Origin: Elusimicrobiota bacterium
GTDB lineage: Bacteria; Elusimicrobiota; Elusimicrobia; UBA1565; UBA9628
Reading direction: 5' to 3'
Length of the DNA stretch: 64,000 nt
Assembly: GCA_027452025.1 (NCBI GenBank)
Contig: DAIDHI010000044.1
Coordinates: forward strand, 1,493-65,492
Notes under the pieces: model-generated
Seen by the model: only the letters and a program-made list of their open reading frames with translations
What the model was told of the DNA's origin: nothing
Database searches by the model: none
Made by a program: the position numbers and the translations under genes
Part shown: one piece after another, positions 35,994 to 44,748 of the stretch
Layout: each line of letters begins with the position of its first letter
Numbering within the stretch: position 1 is the stretch's first letter

Positions 35994-37397
35994 CTAGCAG
36001 ACCCCGGCCGGCGCCCGCGCCGCCGCGGCGCGCAAGGCCTTGGCGGCGGCCTCGCGCCCCGAGCGGATGCAGTCCGGGATTCCCACGCCGAAATAGGAGC
36101 AGCCCGCGAGCACCAGGCCCGGATGGCCCTGCACGCAGGAGTCCAGCCGCTTGAGGCGCAGCTGGTGGCCGACGGTGTACTGCGGGTTGGCCCGCACCCA
36201 GCGAAACACCCGGGTCAGACGCGGGTGCGCCTCGCCGATGCCCAGGATCTCCTTGAGCTCGCCGCGCGCCTGGCGGGCGATCTGCGAGTCGTCGGCGTCG
36301 ACGCAGGCGTCGCGGCCCGCGCCCCCGAGGAAGGAGCGGATGAGCGCGTGGCCGGCGGGAGCCCTGTTGGGAAACTTCGAGGAGGTGTAAGTCGCCGCGA
36401 CGGTGGCCTTGCCTTGGGAGCGGGGCACGATGAAGCCGAAGCCCGAAGGCTCGCTCTTGAGCGCGCCCGGCTCGAAGAGCATCGAAACGGTGGCCGTCGA
36501 GGCGAAGGGGATCTCGCGCAGCACGTGAGAGAGCTCGAAATCGTAGTCGCCGACGACCTGCGCCAGCGCGTTGGCCGGAAGGGCGCAGATCACGGCGTCG
36601 GCCGAGAGGACCGTCTCCCCCGCCTGGATATGCCACTGCCCGCCCCGCCGGCGCAGGGAAGAAACGGGCGCGCCGGTGCGCACCGTCTGGGGGGGCAGCT
36701 TGAGGGTCAAGGCCTCCACCAGGCGTCCGAGGCCGCCCCGCAGCGTCATGAAGGTCGTCAGCTCCGGGTCGGCCTTGCGGGCCTTGCGCTTGAGCATCGC
36801 GCGCGCCAGCCCCCCCTGCCGCTCCATCTCGCGCAGCTGAGGGAAGGTCGCCGCCAGGCTCATCTGCTGCGGGTCGCCCGCGTAGATGCCGGACAGCATG
36901 GGGCCGATGAGGCGCTCGTAGGCCTCCGGGCCCAGGCGCCGGCGCGCGAACGCCGCCAGAGACTCGTCGAGCGTCTCGGGCCCCGGCTTCAGGAAGTATT
37001 CCAGCGCCATGCGGGCCTTGCCCTTCCAGGTGAAAAGATCGCAGAGCAGAAAGGACAGCAGCCGCCGCTGCGGAATCGCCTTGAGCCGCCCCTCCCAGAG
37101 CACCGAGACCTTCGGGTCGCCTTCCGTGCCGACGAGGTCCAAGGAAAGGCCGAGCTCGCGGACGAGCTCGAGCGCCTGCGGCTTATAGGTGATGAAGGAG
37201 TCGGGACCGCCCTCGATGACGGCCCCGTCGCGAGACTCCGTCACGATCTTGCCGCCGACGCGCGAGGAAGACTCAAGCACCACGACGGAGATGTTGCGGC
37301 GCTCGGCCTGGGCCTTCTTGTGCAGCTCGTAGGCGGCCGTCAGGCCGGTGATGCCGGCCCCGAGCACGACGAAGCGGGATTCAGCGGCTGTATTCAT
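35994..37397 (-). CDS. hemY: Protoporphyrinogen/coproporphyrinogen oxidase (HemY-type, FAD)
   Basis: FAD fold VVLGAGITGLTAAYEL with PPO-like length. The ATG at 37397 overlaps the hemE 3' end by 17 nt. Confidence 0.85.
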   Translation of the reverse strand: MNTAAESRFVVLGAGITGLTAAYELHKKAQAERRNISVVVLESSSRVGGKIVTESRDGAVIEGGPDSFITYKPQALELVRELGLSLDLVGTEGDPKVSVLWEGRLKAIPQRRLLSFLLCDLFTWKGKARMALEYFLKPGPETLDESLAAFARRRLGPEAYERLIGPMLSGIYAGDPQQMSLAATFPQLREMERQGGLARAMLKRKARKADPELTTFMTLRGGLGRLVEALTLKLPPQTVRTGAPVSSLRRRGGQWHIQAGETVLSADAVICALPANALAQVVGDYDFELSHVLREIPFASTATVSMLFEPGALKSEPSGFGFIVPRSQGKATVAATYTSSKFPNRAPAGHALIRSFLGGAGRDACVDADDSQIARQARGELKEILGIGEAHPRLTRVFRWVRANPQYTVGHQLRLKRLDSCVQGHPGLVLAGCSYFGVGIPDCIRSGREAAAKALRAAAARAPAGVC

Positions 37398-38409
37398 GCA
37401 CCCATTCGACGACGGCCTTGACGCTGCTGACGGGCGTCTGCGGCAGCAGGCCGTGTCCCAGATTGAAGATGAAGCCGCGGCGTCCGGCGGCCTGCCGCAG
37501 CACGTCTTGGACGGCTTTCTTGAGCTCCCGCCGGGGAGCCAGCAACAGCGCCGGATCGAGGTTTCCCTGGATGCCGCGCGCGCCCACGCGCCGCCAAGCC
37601 TGCGAAAGCTCGACACGCCAGTCGACGCCGATCACGTCGCCGCCGGCCGAGGCGAAATCCTCCAGGAACCCGGCCGTCCCGGTGCCGAAGTGGATGACGG
37701 GCACGCCGGTCTTGCGCGCCGCCGTCAGGACGAAGCGGGAGTGCGGCAGGACGAAGCGGCGGTATTGCGAGGGCGACAGCGCCCCGATCCAGCTGTCGAA
37801 GAGCTGCACGGCCTGCGCCCCGGCGCGGACTTGCCCGGCCAAGTAGTCCGCGGTGACGCGGCGCAGCTTTCGCATGAGCAAATCCCAGGCGGCGGGCTGC
37901 TCGTGCATGAAGGTCTTGGTCCTGGCGAAGTCCTTGGAGGGGCCCCCCTCGATGAGGTAGCTGGCGAGCGTGAAGGGAGCGCCGGCAAAGCCGATGAGCG
38001 GCCGGGGCGCGAGCGCCCGGCTCGCCAAGCGCGCGGCGGAGAAGACGCAGCCGAGGCCTTCCTCGACGTCGAAGTCTTTGAGACGCCGCACGTCGGCGGC
38101 GCGGCGCACGGGGTTGTCGATGACCGGCGCGGGCGCGAAGCGCAGCCGCGCGCCCATCGGCTCCAAAGGCAGCAGGATGTCCGCGAACAAGATCCCGGCG
38201 TCCACGGGCATGGCGCGCGCCGGCTGCAGCGTGACCTCGCAGGCGAGCTCCGGCGTCTTGGCCAGTTGGAGAATCGAGTAGCGCTTGCGCAGCGCGCGAT
38301 ACTCCTCCATGTAACGCCCGGCCTGTCGCATGAACCAGACCGGGGTCCTGTCGACGGACTGGCGGCGACAGGCCCGCAGGAAGCGTCTTTCTGGCAAGGA
38401 CATGAACAC
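37381..38409 (-). CDS. hemE: Uroporphyrinogen decarboxylase
   Basis: N-terminal PVWFMRQAGRYMEEY and a URO-D fold throughout. Confidence 0.92.
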   Translation of the reverse strand: MFMSLPERRFLRACRRQSVDRTPVWFMRQAGRYMEEYRALRKRYSILQLAKTPELACEVTLQPARAMPVDAGILFADILLPLEPMGARLRFAPAPVIDNPVRRAADVRRLKDFDVEEGLGCVFSAARLASRALAPRPLIGFAGAPFTLASYLIEGGPSKDFARTKTFMHEQPAAWDLLMRKLRRVTADYLAGQVRAGAQAVQLFDSWIGALSPSQYRRFVLPHSRFVLTAARKTGVPVIHFGTGTAGFLEDFASAGGDVIGVDWRVELSQAWRRVGARGIQGNLDPALLLAPRRELKKAVQDVLRQAAGRRGFIFNLGHGLLPQTPVSSVKAVVEWVHEYSR

Positions 38410-38476
38410 CGAATTTTATCAAAAGGACGGGCCTCCTGGTTGTCCCGCTAGCGCCTCTTCAGGCTAAAATATCCGG

Positions 38477-39214
38477 ATGCGCCATTGGATCGCGGCGGCG
38501 GCCGCGCTGATCTTGGCCCGCTCGCCCGTCTTCGCGGCCGCTTCCCGGACGCCCGCCTCGCAGCGCCGCGCCCTGTCGCGCATCGCCGAGTGCCTCGGGC
38601 GGCTGAGGCGCCAGACGCTGCGCTCGGCGGCGCCCCGAAGCCCGCTGCTGATCCCCGGATGCCTCCACGCCACGGTCGTCGCCGCCGGCGAGGAGGATTT
38701 CGTCCTCGAAGACTTGAAGATGTATCCTTACGACGGGAAATCCGGCTGCCGGGAAAACGGGACGCCGGCCGCCCCGGCCGCCGGCGACCTCGTCGACTAT
38801 CCCTACGTCCACCTCCTGGCGATCCCCTTTTCGCGGATCACTGGAGACGAGGACCCGAAGGCTTTGAGCCTGACGCGCATTTGGTCCGACGCTTGGGACG
38901 CGGCCGCCGGCTTCATCCCCGACGAAAGGCAAAGACTGCTGGCCGTCAATCCGCCGGCCGAGCGTTCGCAAGACCAGCTCCACATCCACATCATGCGTCT
39001 CAAGGGGAACGTCCGATTCGCCGCAGCCGAGCGCGTGGACGATCTCGGCGGCTCATCCGTGTGGACGGCCGCCGCGCGCAGCGCCCGGAAGCTCGGTCTC
39101 AAGCCGGGCTCCTTCGGCATCGCCGTCGCCCGCGATCCCGGCGGGAAAGGCTACCGCGTCGCGGCCGTCGGCGGCAGCCCGGAAAGGCGCTTCGGGCGGC
39201 TCTGCGCCGACTGA
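38477..39214 (+). CDS. cdh: CDP-diacylglycerol pyrophosphatase
   Basis: Signal/anchor N-terminus and HIT-like QLHIHIM motif (E. coli Cdh has NHFHIHIS); similar length. Confidence 0.6.
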   Translation: MRHWIAAAAALILARSPVFAAASRTPASQRRALSRIAECLGRLRRQTLRSAAPRSPLLIPGCLHATVVAAGEEDFVLEDLKMYPYDGKSGCRENGTPAAPAAGDLVDYPYVHLLAIPFSRITGDEDPKALSLTRIWSDAWDAAAGFIPDERQRLLAVNPPAERSQDQLHIHIMRLKGNVRFAAAERVDDLGGSSVWTAAARSARKLGLKPGSFGIAVARDPGGKGYRVAAVGGSPERRFGRLCAD

Positions 39215-39228
39215 GCCGAGCCGCCGCC

Positions 39229-40740
39229 TTAGACGGCCAGCAAGGTGTCGGCGGTGCGCAGGATCTCGAGCAGGGAATCGGCCGTCTTGGCGCGCAGGAG
39301 CTTTCGGCGCAGGTTCTCGTTGGTGACCAGCGAAGCGATGCGCCCCAGCACCTTGAGCTGGATGACCGGAGAAGCGGCCGGAGTCAGGATCAGGAAGACG
39401 AGGCGCACGGGCGCGCTGTCGGGCGCGGGGAAAGGCACGGGCTTGGCGAAGCGCCCGACGGCCACCAGCGGCCGGTCGAGATTGAGCAGGCGGCCGTGGG
39501 GCACGGCTACGCCCCGGCCCACGGCGCTGGAGAACTTCATCTCGCGCTCCCAGACGACCTGAAGAGCCTCCGCTTCCTTGAGCGCGGGATGCGCGGCGGC
39601 GAGCTTTCCGAGCAGCTGGGTGATCGCGGAGCGCCGGTCGGCGGCCTGGAGGTTGACCAGCGCGGCCGAGGGCACGAGCACGTCCATGAACGACCAGGCT
39701 TGCGGCAAGTCGAACTCGTCGTGGACCTCGCCGATGAGCTCCTCGATGATGTCTTCAAGCGTCAGCAGGCCCACCACCTGTCCTAGGCCGTTGCGCACGA
39801 TGGCCATGTGGATGCCCTTGTCCGGGAAGTATTTCAGGAGCTTCTCCAGCGGATCCGACTCGAGGACCTCGGCGACGTCGCGGCGGGCGTGCTTGAGCTC
39901 GGGCACCTTGCCGTCCTGGGACTTGAGCAGCAGGTCCTTGACGTGCACCATGCCGACGACCCGGTCGAGCCCGTCCTCGCACAGGGGATAGCGCGAGTAG
40001 CGCCGGCCGCGGATGATCTCCCGGTTCTCGGCCCAGCTCTTGCCCAGAGACAAGTAAGCGATCTTGTCGCGGGGCGTCATCGCCTCCGAGACCCTGGCCT
40101 TGCCGAAGTCGAAGAGGTTTTCGAGCAGCAGCAGGCGCTCGAGTGGCAGGGTGCCGCGCTCCTGCGTCTCGCCAAGCAGGATGCGCATTTCCTCCTCGGA
40201 GAGCGCCGACTCGCTCTGAGCCGCGGGACCCAGGCCCATGAGGCGCAGCAGCGAGACGGTGCACCAGGACATGAAACGCACGGGCAGCCGGAAAGTCAGG
40301 GCGAAGAGCTGCAGGGGGTAGGCGCCCCACAACGCGATCATCTCGGCTTTCTGAAGTCCCACGCCGCGCGGCAGCAGCTCGCCAAAGAGGCTTTGCAGCC
40401 AAGACAACAGCAGCAGGCCCAGCGCGTACGACAGCCCGAAGAGGGCCCTCGGCGACAAAAGCGGCGACCAGCCGCCCATGCCCGAGCGCAGCCAGCCCGC
40501 CACCGCGGGCTCCCCGATCCAGCCGATCGCCAGGGCGATGAAGGTCATGCCCAGCTGGATCGCGGCCAGGTAATCGTCGAGACGGGCCTGGACCTCCTGC
40601 ACGCGCAGGGCGCGGACGTTGCCGCGGCGCGCCAGCATCTCGATGCGGGAGGCGCGCACCCGCACGAGGGAATATTCCATCAAGACGAAGAGCGCGTTGA
40701 GCCCGATGAGCAGGAGGACCACCAGAAGCAGGGCGGGCAT
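39229..40740 (-). CDS. CNNM/CorC-family transporter (DUF21 plus CBS pair) fused to a C-terminal PTS EIIA(Ntr/Fru)-type domain
   Basis: N-terminal DUF21 4-TM region and CBS pair. The C-terminal ~140 aa carry PtsN-like motifs (GVAVPHGRL; PVRLVFLILTP) in place of the usual CorC_HlyC domain. Confidence 0.7.
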   Translation of the reverse strand: MPALLLVVLLLIGLNALFVLMEYSLVRVRASRIEMLARRGNVRALRVQEVQARLDDYLAAIQLGMTFIALAIGWIGEPAVAGWLRSGMGGWSPLLSPRALFGLSYALGLLLLSWLQSLFGELLPRGVGLQKAEMIALWGAYPLQLFALTFRLPVRFMSWCTVSLLRLMGLGPAAQSESALSEEEMRILLGETQERGTLPLERLLLLENLFDFGKARVSEAMTPRDKIAYLSLGKSWAENREIIRGRRYSRYPLCEDGLDRVVGMVHVKDLLLKSQDGKVPELKHARRDVAEVLESDPLEKLLKYFPDKGIHMAIVRNGLGQVVGLLTLEDIIEELIGEVHDEFDLPQAWSFMDVLVPSAALVNLQAADRRSAITQLLGKLAAAHPALKEAEALQVVWEREMKFSSAVGRGVAVPHGRLLNLDRPLVAVGRFAKPVPFPAPDSAPVRLVFLILTPAASPVIQLKVLGRIASLVTNENLRRKLLRAKTADSLLEILRTADTLLAV

Positions 40741-40793
40741 GCCGACGACTATATAATTATTGCGCCAAGTGTGCTATTATAGGGGAACCCCTT

Positions 40794-41276
40794 ATGGATC
40801 AAGCCCAGCCGGCGTTCAAGCCGCTCAAGGAGATCGGCCAACTGCCGCTCTCGGACACCAGCGACCTGAAGTTCTACGTTGACGAATACAAGGGCTACAA
40901 GTACGGCTCGATCCGCACCTTCGTCAAAGGCGAGTCCTACTCGGGTCCGACCAAGTCCGGCATCACCTTCAACCCCTCCATCCTCGAGGGCATCCTCGAC
41001 GCCCTGGGAAAGCTTCCCTCGGAGCCGACCGATCTCGGCGAGCGGGAGTTGGCGCGCTTTCCCAAGAAGATGGGCAGCGAGCTCGTCGTGCGCATCACCA
41101 TCTTCAAGGACGCCACCGGCGTCGACCTGCGCGAGTGGGTCGAGGACGTGACCTACAAGGGCTGGTCCAAGAAAGGCGTGCGCATTCCTTATAAGGACCT
41201 GCCCAAGGCCCGCGATTTCCTCAAGGCTATGCAGCCGCTCATCGCCCGCGAGGGCAAAGTCAAGCCCGCCGAATAA
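40794..41276 (+). CDS. Tandem PC4/YdbC-like ssDNA-binding domain protein
   Basis: Two internal repeats: KFYVDEYKGYKYGSIRTFV...KSGITF and RITIFKDATGVDLREWVEDVTYKGWSKKGVRI, matching the PC4 'IDIREYW...KGISL' pattern. Confidence 0.55.
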   Translation: MDQAQPAFKPLKEIGQLPLSDTSDLKFYVDEYKGYKYGSIRTFVKGESYSGPTKSGITFNPSILEGILDALGKLPSEPTDLGERELARFPKKMGSELVVRITIFKDATGVDLREWVEDVTYKGWSKKGVRIPYKDLPKARDFLKAMQPLIAREGKVKPAE

Positions 41277-42270
41277 GCCTCAGTTCGAGCTCGCGCGCCA
41301 ATTCCAGGCGGGTCCTCAAAGCGCGCGGGAGATAGCCGACGGCCAGGGCCCGGTCATAGACCCCCAGCGCCTGCCGATGGCGCCCCGCGCGCGACAAGGC
41401 GATGGCTCGCCACCAATAGGCATAGGTAGGCGCCGGATCGACAGCCAGCAGGAGGCGGCATCCGCGTGCCAACTTCTCCCACCGCTGGTGCCATAGGTCA
41501 TCCCACGCCAGGGCGTAATGCCGGTCCAGCGCCAGGGAGTCCGGAAAGACCGGAGAGCCCCAGACGCGGCTCATGCGGGCATAGTTGCGGCTCAACGCGG
41601 ACTCGTCGGCGCGCAGGAGCTTTTCATGCCGGACGGCGATGTCGCCGCGATACAGGATGCGCGATCCCCGCTTCCGGGCCGTCAGGCAGAAGTCGGCGTC
41701 CTCGTATTGCTGGCGCAGGCTCTCCCTGAAATTTGTTCTCTGGAAGAGCTCTCCGCGCACGAGCATGCAGGTTCCCGCGACTCCGTCGCAGTAGCGGACG
41801 TAATTTCTCTGACCCAGGTCCGGTTCTTCGCGGCCGTGCTGGGCCCTCCACAGAAACATCTCGGCGCCGCAGATTCTCCCATCCGGATAGACGCTTCGGC
41901 AGCCCACGATGTCGGTCGTCGGGCCGGCCTCCAGGGCCGCGCCCAAAAGGCGCGCCAGCCATCCCGGAGACGCCGCGGCGTCGTCATCGAGGAAGGCGTG
42001 CCAGGCGGCGGGAAACCGGGCGACGGCCTCGTTGAGGGCGGCGGCCTTGCCTTTGTTGCTCGAATGGTTCAGGAAGTGGAGGCGGCGGCGGCGAGCGTAT
42101 CGGCGCAGAAAGCCTTCCGTCCCGTCCCGAGAACCGTTATTGACCACGATCAGCCGATAAGCGACGCCGCGCGTGTGGCGTTCGATGGACTCCAGGCACC
42201 GCCTCAGGGAAGGCAAGGCGTTATGCGTGACGACCGTCAGCGAAACGGCCCGGGAGTCCGAAGCGCTCAT
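41260..42270 (-). CDS. Family-2 glycosyltransferase
   Basis: GT-A N-terminus (SLTVVTHNALPSLRRCLESI...VVNNGSRDGT) and a DxD region. Confidence 0.8.
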   Translation of the reverse strand: MSASDSRAVSLTVVTHNALPSLRRCLESIERHTRGVAYRLIVVNNGSRDGTEGFLRRYARRRRLHFLNHSSNKGKAAALNEAVARFPAAWHAFLDDDAAASPGWLARLLGAALEAGPTTDIVGCRSVYPDGRICGAEMFLWRAQHGREEPDLGQRNYVRYCDGVAGTCMLVRGELFQRTNFRESLRQQYEDADFCLTARKRGSRILYRGDIAVRHEKLLRADESALSRNYARMSRVWGSPVFPDSLALDRHYALAWDDLWHQRWEKLARGCRLLLAVDPAPTYAYWWRAIALSRAGRHRQALGVYDRALAVGYLPRALRTRLELARELELRLIRRA

Positions 42271-43730
42271 GCGACGGCGAATCCGGAGGGCTCGAACTGG
42301 ATCTGCCGCGGCTTGCGCTCGACGTCGATGCCGTGGCGCATCGCGCAGGCATGAAGGGCCTGGTAGCGCCCGCGCCGGACCTCATAGGTGTTGAAACCGT
42401 CGCGCGTGGACCAGCGCCGGCGGTCCGTCAGGGGTTGCGCGACGCCGAACTCCCGGCGATGCGCGTCCAAAAAGGACCCCTTCGTGATCTCGCAGCAGGA
42501 GATCGCGACCTTGTCGACGAGCCCGCTGTGACGCCGCAGAAACTCGAGCGTCAGACGAAAATCCTCCTCGGTCTCGCCGGGAAAGCCGACCATCAGGAAC
42601 AGCTTGACCCTGATGCCCGCGGCCTCCGTGTCCCGAATGACGCGCTCGGCGTCCGAGACCTTGAAGTTCTTGCCTATCAGGTCGATGACGCGCTGGCTGG
42701 CGCTTTCCATGCCGTAGGCCAGCATCTGGCAGCCGCCCCAGCGCAGCTCGCGCAGCAAGGCCGGCGTCATCGTCGGATGAAGAATGGCCATGCCGCCCCA
42801 TCCAAAATCATGCCGCCGGCGCGCCGAGGCCCGCTCCAAGCGGATCGGGGCCAGGAGACGGGAGAGCCTGGACAGCCGGCGGACGTCCCCGTTGACGAGC
42901 GAATCTCCGAATTCGATATAGTATCTCTCCGGATAAAGGCCGAGCTGGTGCCTGATTTCCGCCGCAATGCGCTCCGGGCTCATACGCCGATAGACCTTCT
43001 GCTGCAGGATGTGCGTGCAGAAGGCGCAGGCTCTGACGCAGCCCCGGCTGCCGTTGAGAAACAGCCGCTCGAGGTCGTACTGGCTCAAGTCGAAGCCGCT
43101 AAAATCCATGAAGGGCAGCGTGTCGAGATCCCGGATCTCCTCCGGCTCTCCCCCGTCCACGATGCGGCCCGCTTCCTTGAGCAGCAGACCCTTGATCGGA
43201 CCGCGCGGGCGCCCCGCCCGGCGATCGAACTTCCGCGCCAGCTCGACGATGCTTTTGTCCGCCTCGCCCAAGGCGACGGCATCGACGGTCTCATGCCCCA
43301 AGAGTTCGCCGGCCATGGTCTCCCGCAGGCACTGCGGACCGCCTAACACCACGAAGGTCTTGGGCGCGCGCTTTTTGACCCGCTCGGCCAGCGCCAAGCT
43401 GCTCTCCTCGGTGGCCTGCAGGACGGAGAAGCCCACGATATCGGGGGCGTGAGACAAGATTTCGGCCGCCTGCGCGTCCATCACCCGCCCGAAAAACCGC
43501 CTCGGACGCAGAAGGGCGCCCATGAAGTCCTCCGGATAATCGAAGTGCAGCGGCCGCTCGCGGCCGAGGCGCCGCGCCAAGGCCAGCCGGGCGCCCAGGC
43601 TGGCGTCGCAGACGGCCGGGGCGAATCCCGCCGCCTTCAAATGGGCGCTCAAGAGGGCGATGGCGTTCGAAGGGCCGCGGCCGACGAAGGCGGGGGCTTG
43701 CACTAAGACGACGCGGGGACCGGTTTGCAC
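42267..43730 (-). CDS. B12-binding-domain radical SAM protein (class B), paralog 1
   Basis: N-terminal cobalamin-binding Rossmann-like domain and radical SAM CxxxCxxC (GCVRACAFCTH). 4-nt overlap with the downstream GT2. Confidence 0.8.
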   Translation of the reverse strand: MQTGPRVVLVQAPAFVGRGPSNAIALLSAHLKAAGFAPAVCDASLGARLALARRLGRERPLHFDYPEDFMGALLRPRRFFGRVMDAQAAEILSHAPDIVGFSVLQATEESSLALAERVKKRAPKTFVVLGGPQCLRETMAGELLGHETVDAVALGEADKSIVELARKFDRRAGRPRGPIKGLLLKEAGRIVDGGEPEEIRDLDTLPFMDFSGFDLSQYDLERLFLNGSRGCVRACAFCTHILQQKVYRRMSPERIAAEIRHQLGLYPERYYIEFGDSLVNGDVRRLSRLSRLLAPIRLERASARRRHDFGWGGMAILHPTMTPALLRELRWGGCQMLAYGMESASQRVIDLIGKNFKVSDAERVIRDTEAAGIRVKLFLMVGFPGETEEDFRLTLEFLRRHSGLVDKVAISCCEITKGSFLDAHRREFGVAQPLTDRRRWSTRDGFNTYEVRRGRYQALHACAMRHGIDVERKPRQIQFEPSGFAVA

Positions 43731-43768
43731 AACGAGACGTAGTGTATTATCCTATCAACGGTTAGTCC

Positions 43769-43906
43769 ATGACTAAACCAGAAAAGCCCGAAGGCCCGCG
43801 CAAAGACGGCAAAAAGCGCCGCTATGTCGCTCCGACCTTAGTGATCGCGGGCAGCCTGCTGGCCATGTCGCAAAAGGGCTTGATGGCCACCTCTATTCCC
43901 GGCTGA
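43769..43906 (+). CDS. Candidate small ORF (45 aa): basic N-terminus plus hydrophobic C-terminus
   Basis: MTKPEKPEGPRKDGKKRRYVAPTLVIAGSLLAMSQKGLMATSIPG. Lies in the 200-bp gap between a radical-SAM gene and a GT2 gene. No clear SD; not in the ORF track. Confidence 0.25.
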   Translation: MTKPEKPEGPRKDGKKRRYVAPTLVIAGSLLAMSQKGLMATSIPG

Positions 43907-43929
43907 AGCGCCGCAACGGCCCGTCCCTC

Positions 43930-44748
43930 ATGCCTTCCTCGCCGTTGGTCAGCGTCCTCCTGACGACCTATAACCGCCTGGCCTTCCTGAAAACCGCGCT
44001 TCGGAGCGTGCGCCGCCAGACCTTCCGCGACCTGGAAACGATCGTCCTGGACGGAGGATCGGCCGACGACTCTCTGCGCTGGCTGGACCAAAACCTGCAC
44101 TCCGGCGAGAGGCTCATCAGGCTGGAGGCAAACCCCGGCCCGGTCGCCTTGATGAACGCGGGCCTCCGAGCCGCCGGCGGACGGTTCGTCGCTTTTCTGG
44201 AGGCGGACGATTACTGGCTGCCCGATTATTTGGAGTCCATGCTCCGGGAGTTCCGCGCCGGCGCGGTGCAATGGGTCTCCTCCGGCTGCCGCATCATCGA
44301 GGGCCGGCGCGTCATCGGCGCCGTCGACGCCCGCGGAACGCGCCTGCCCCGTCACGATCCGCTGCTTTTGAAGCTGACCGGCTGCAACATCCACTGCCTG
44401 ATGTCGATGAGCATGGCTCGCCGGTCGATCTTCTCGGAGATAGGCCTCTTCGATCCGGCCTATAAGTGGATCGGGATGGACATGGATTTCGTCTGCAGGC
44501 TGGCCCTGGCGCGGGGCCCGCGGGCGTTCGGCCACGCCGATCGAATCCTGGCCGTGCGCCGTCACCACCCCGAGCAGATCACGGATGTGCCGGGACCCTG
44601 GCATTGGAAGACGCCGACGCCTTGGGGCCGGGACTGCGTCGCAAGCCCCAGGCAGCGCGAATTCTACCTGGACTTGGCGCTCTACTATTGCCGCTACCGC
44701 AACGAGATCGAAGCCGCTCTGAAAGAAAGCGGCGAGAAGCCTCAATAG
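43930..44748 (+). CDS. Family-2 glycosyltransferase
   Basis: VSVLLTTYNRLAFLKTALRSV...IVLDGGSAD...LEADDYW (DxD). Confidence 0.8.
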   Translation: MPSSPLVSVLLTTYNRLAFLKTALRSVRRQTFRDLETIVLDGGSADDSLRWLDQNLHSGERLIRLEANPGPVALMNAGLRAAGGRFVAFLEADDYWLPDYLESMLREFRAGAVQWVSSGCRIIEGRRVIGAVDARGTRLPRHDPLLLKLTGCNIHCLMSMSMARRSIFSEIGLFDPAYKWIGMDMDFVCRLALARGPRAFGHADRILAVRRHHPEQITDVPGPWHWKTPTPWGRDCVASPRQREFYLDLALYYCRYRNEIEAALKESGEKPQ

